Made by a program: the position numbers and the translations under genes
The notes under the pieces: generated by a model
What the model was told of the DNA's origin: nothing
The model's input: the letters and a program-made list of their open reading frames with translations, nothing else
The model's database searches: none
Shown: piece by piece, positions 63,625 to 64,000 of the stretch
How positions within the stretch are numbered: the stretch's first letter is position 1
Layout of the letters: every line of letters starts with the position of its first letter
Origin: Mobula birostris
Lineage: Eukaryota
Direction: 5' to 3'
Length of the DNA: 64,000 bases
Assembly: GCF_030028105.1 (NCBI RefSeq)
Contig: NC_092377.1
Span: 94,246,865 to 94,310,864, forward strand

Positions 63625-63945
63625 CTCATATGTCAGATTGCTGTTTATAGACTTCAGTTTGATGTTTAACACCATCAGAAACTGGCAGGGAAACTGTCCT
63701 CACTGGGTTTTAATGCATCCCTCTGCAACTGGATCCTCGACTTAACAGAAAGGCCACATTCAGTCTGTGTGGACTGCAAAATCTCTAGTCCCATTACACT
63801 GAGCACTGGCACTTCCCAGGGCTGTGCGTTTAGCCTGCTGCTGTTCACACTGCCGATGCATGACTGTGCTGCAGGATTCAGCTCAAACTGTATTAATCAA
63901 GTTTGTGAATGACACAGTAGTGGCTGGTCTCATCAACAATGATAC
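63625..63945 (+). mobile_element. Rex1/Babar-like RT fragment
   Basis: YVRLLFIDFS..FNTI; LCNWILD; [20 protein letters not shown]. Confidence 0.75.
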
Positions 63946-64000
63946 ATAGAAACATAGAAAATAGGTGCAGGAGTAGGCCATTCGGCCCTTTGAGCCTGCA
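63946..64000 (-). mobile_element. 3' terminus of a CR1-type LINE running off the window
   Basis: catagaaacatagaaaataggtgcaggagtaggccattcggcccttt, the same tail type as 49645-49700. Confidence 0.75.

Noticed and set aside
1-64000. Most ORFs in the supplied track as host genes
   Set aside because: They are fragments of LINE, Penelope, Tc1, Tigger or Gypsy ORFs, their antisense shadows, or low-complexity chance ORFs without splice or homology support.

Overview
Eukaryotic, AT-rich, repeat-saturated vertebrate DNA. The repeat complement (CR1, Rex1/Babar, Penelope, V-SINE, Tc1, Tigger, hAT, Gypsy) points to a cartilaginous fish, probably a ray; this is an inference. The only host coding sequence I can support is a 126-nt minus-strand exon (4844-4969), absent from the ORF track. 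It encodes [42 protein letters not shown], the second coding exon of Son of sevenless (histone-fold domain, most like SOS1). The window is therefore most likely the end of a >59-kb first intron plus the start of the next intron. Nearly all listed ORFs are transposon fragments or their antisense shadows. The most interesting signal is a dispersed family of minimal type I hammerhead ribozymes (AGUC-CUGA[U/C]GA-stemII-GAAAC-GUC-GACU) derived from the 3' end of a Penelope retroelement. The family includes two independent ~100-nt insertions with target-site duplications (TSDs), almost identical boundaries and intact catalytic cores (6703-6800 on +, 57679-57778 on -, the latter sense to the SOS pre-mRNA). 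There are also many CpG-decayed and inverted copies, which together resemble a retrozyme-like or ribozyme-SINE system. Other oddities are a three-layer chimeric DNA transposon, a rearranged Tc1, a long hairpin inside a Tigger element, and stuttered insertion junctions. Most repeat boundaries are approximate unless a TSD or terminal inverted repeat (TIR) is quoted.
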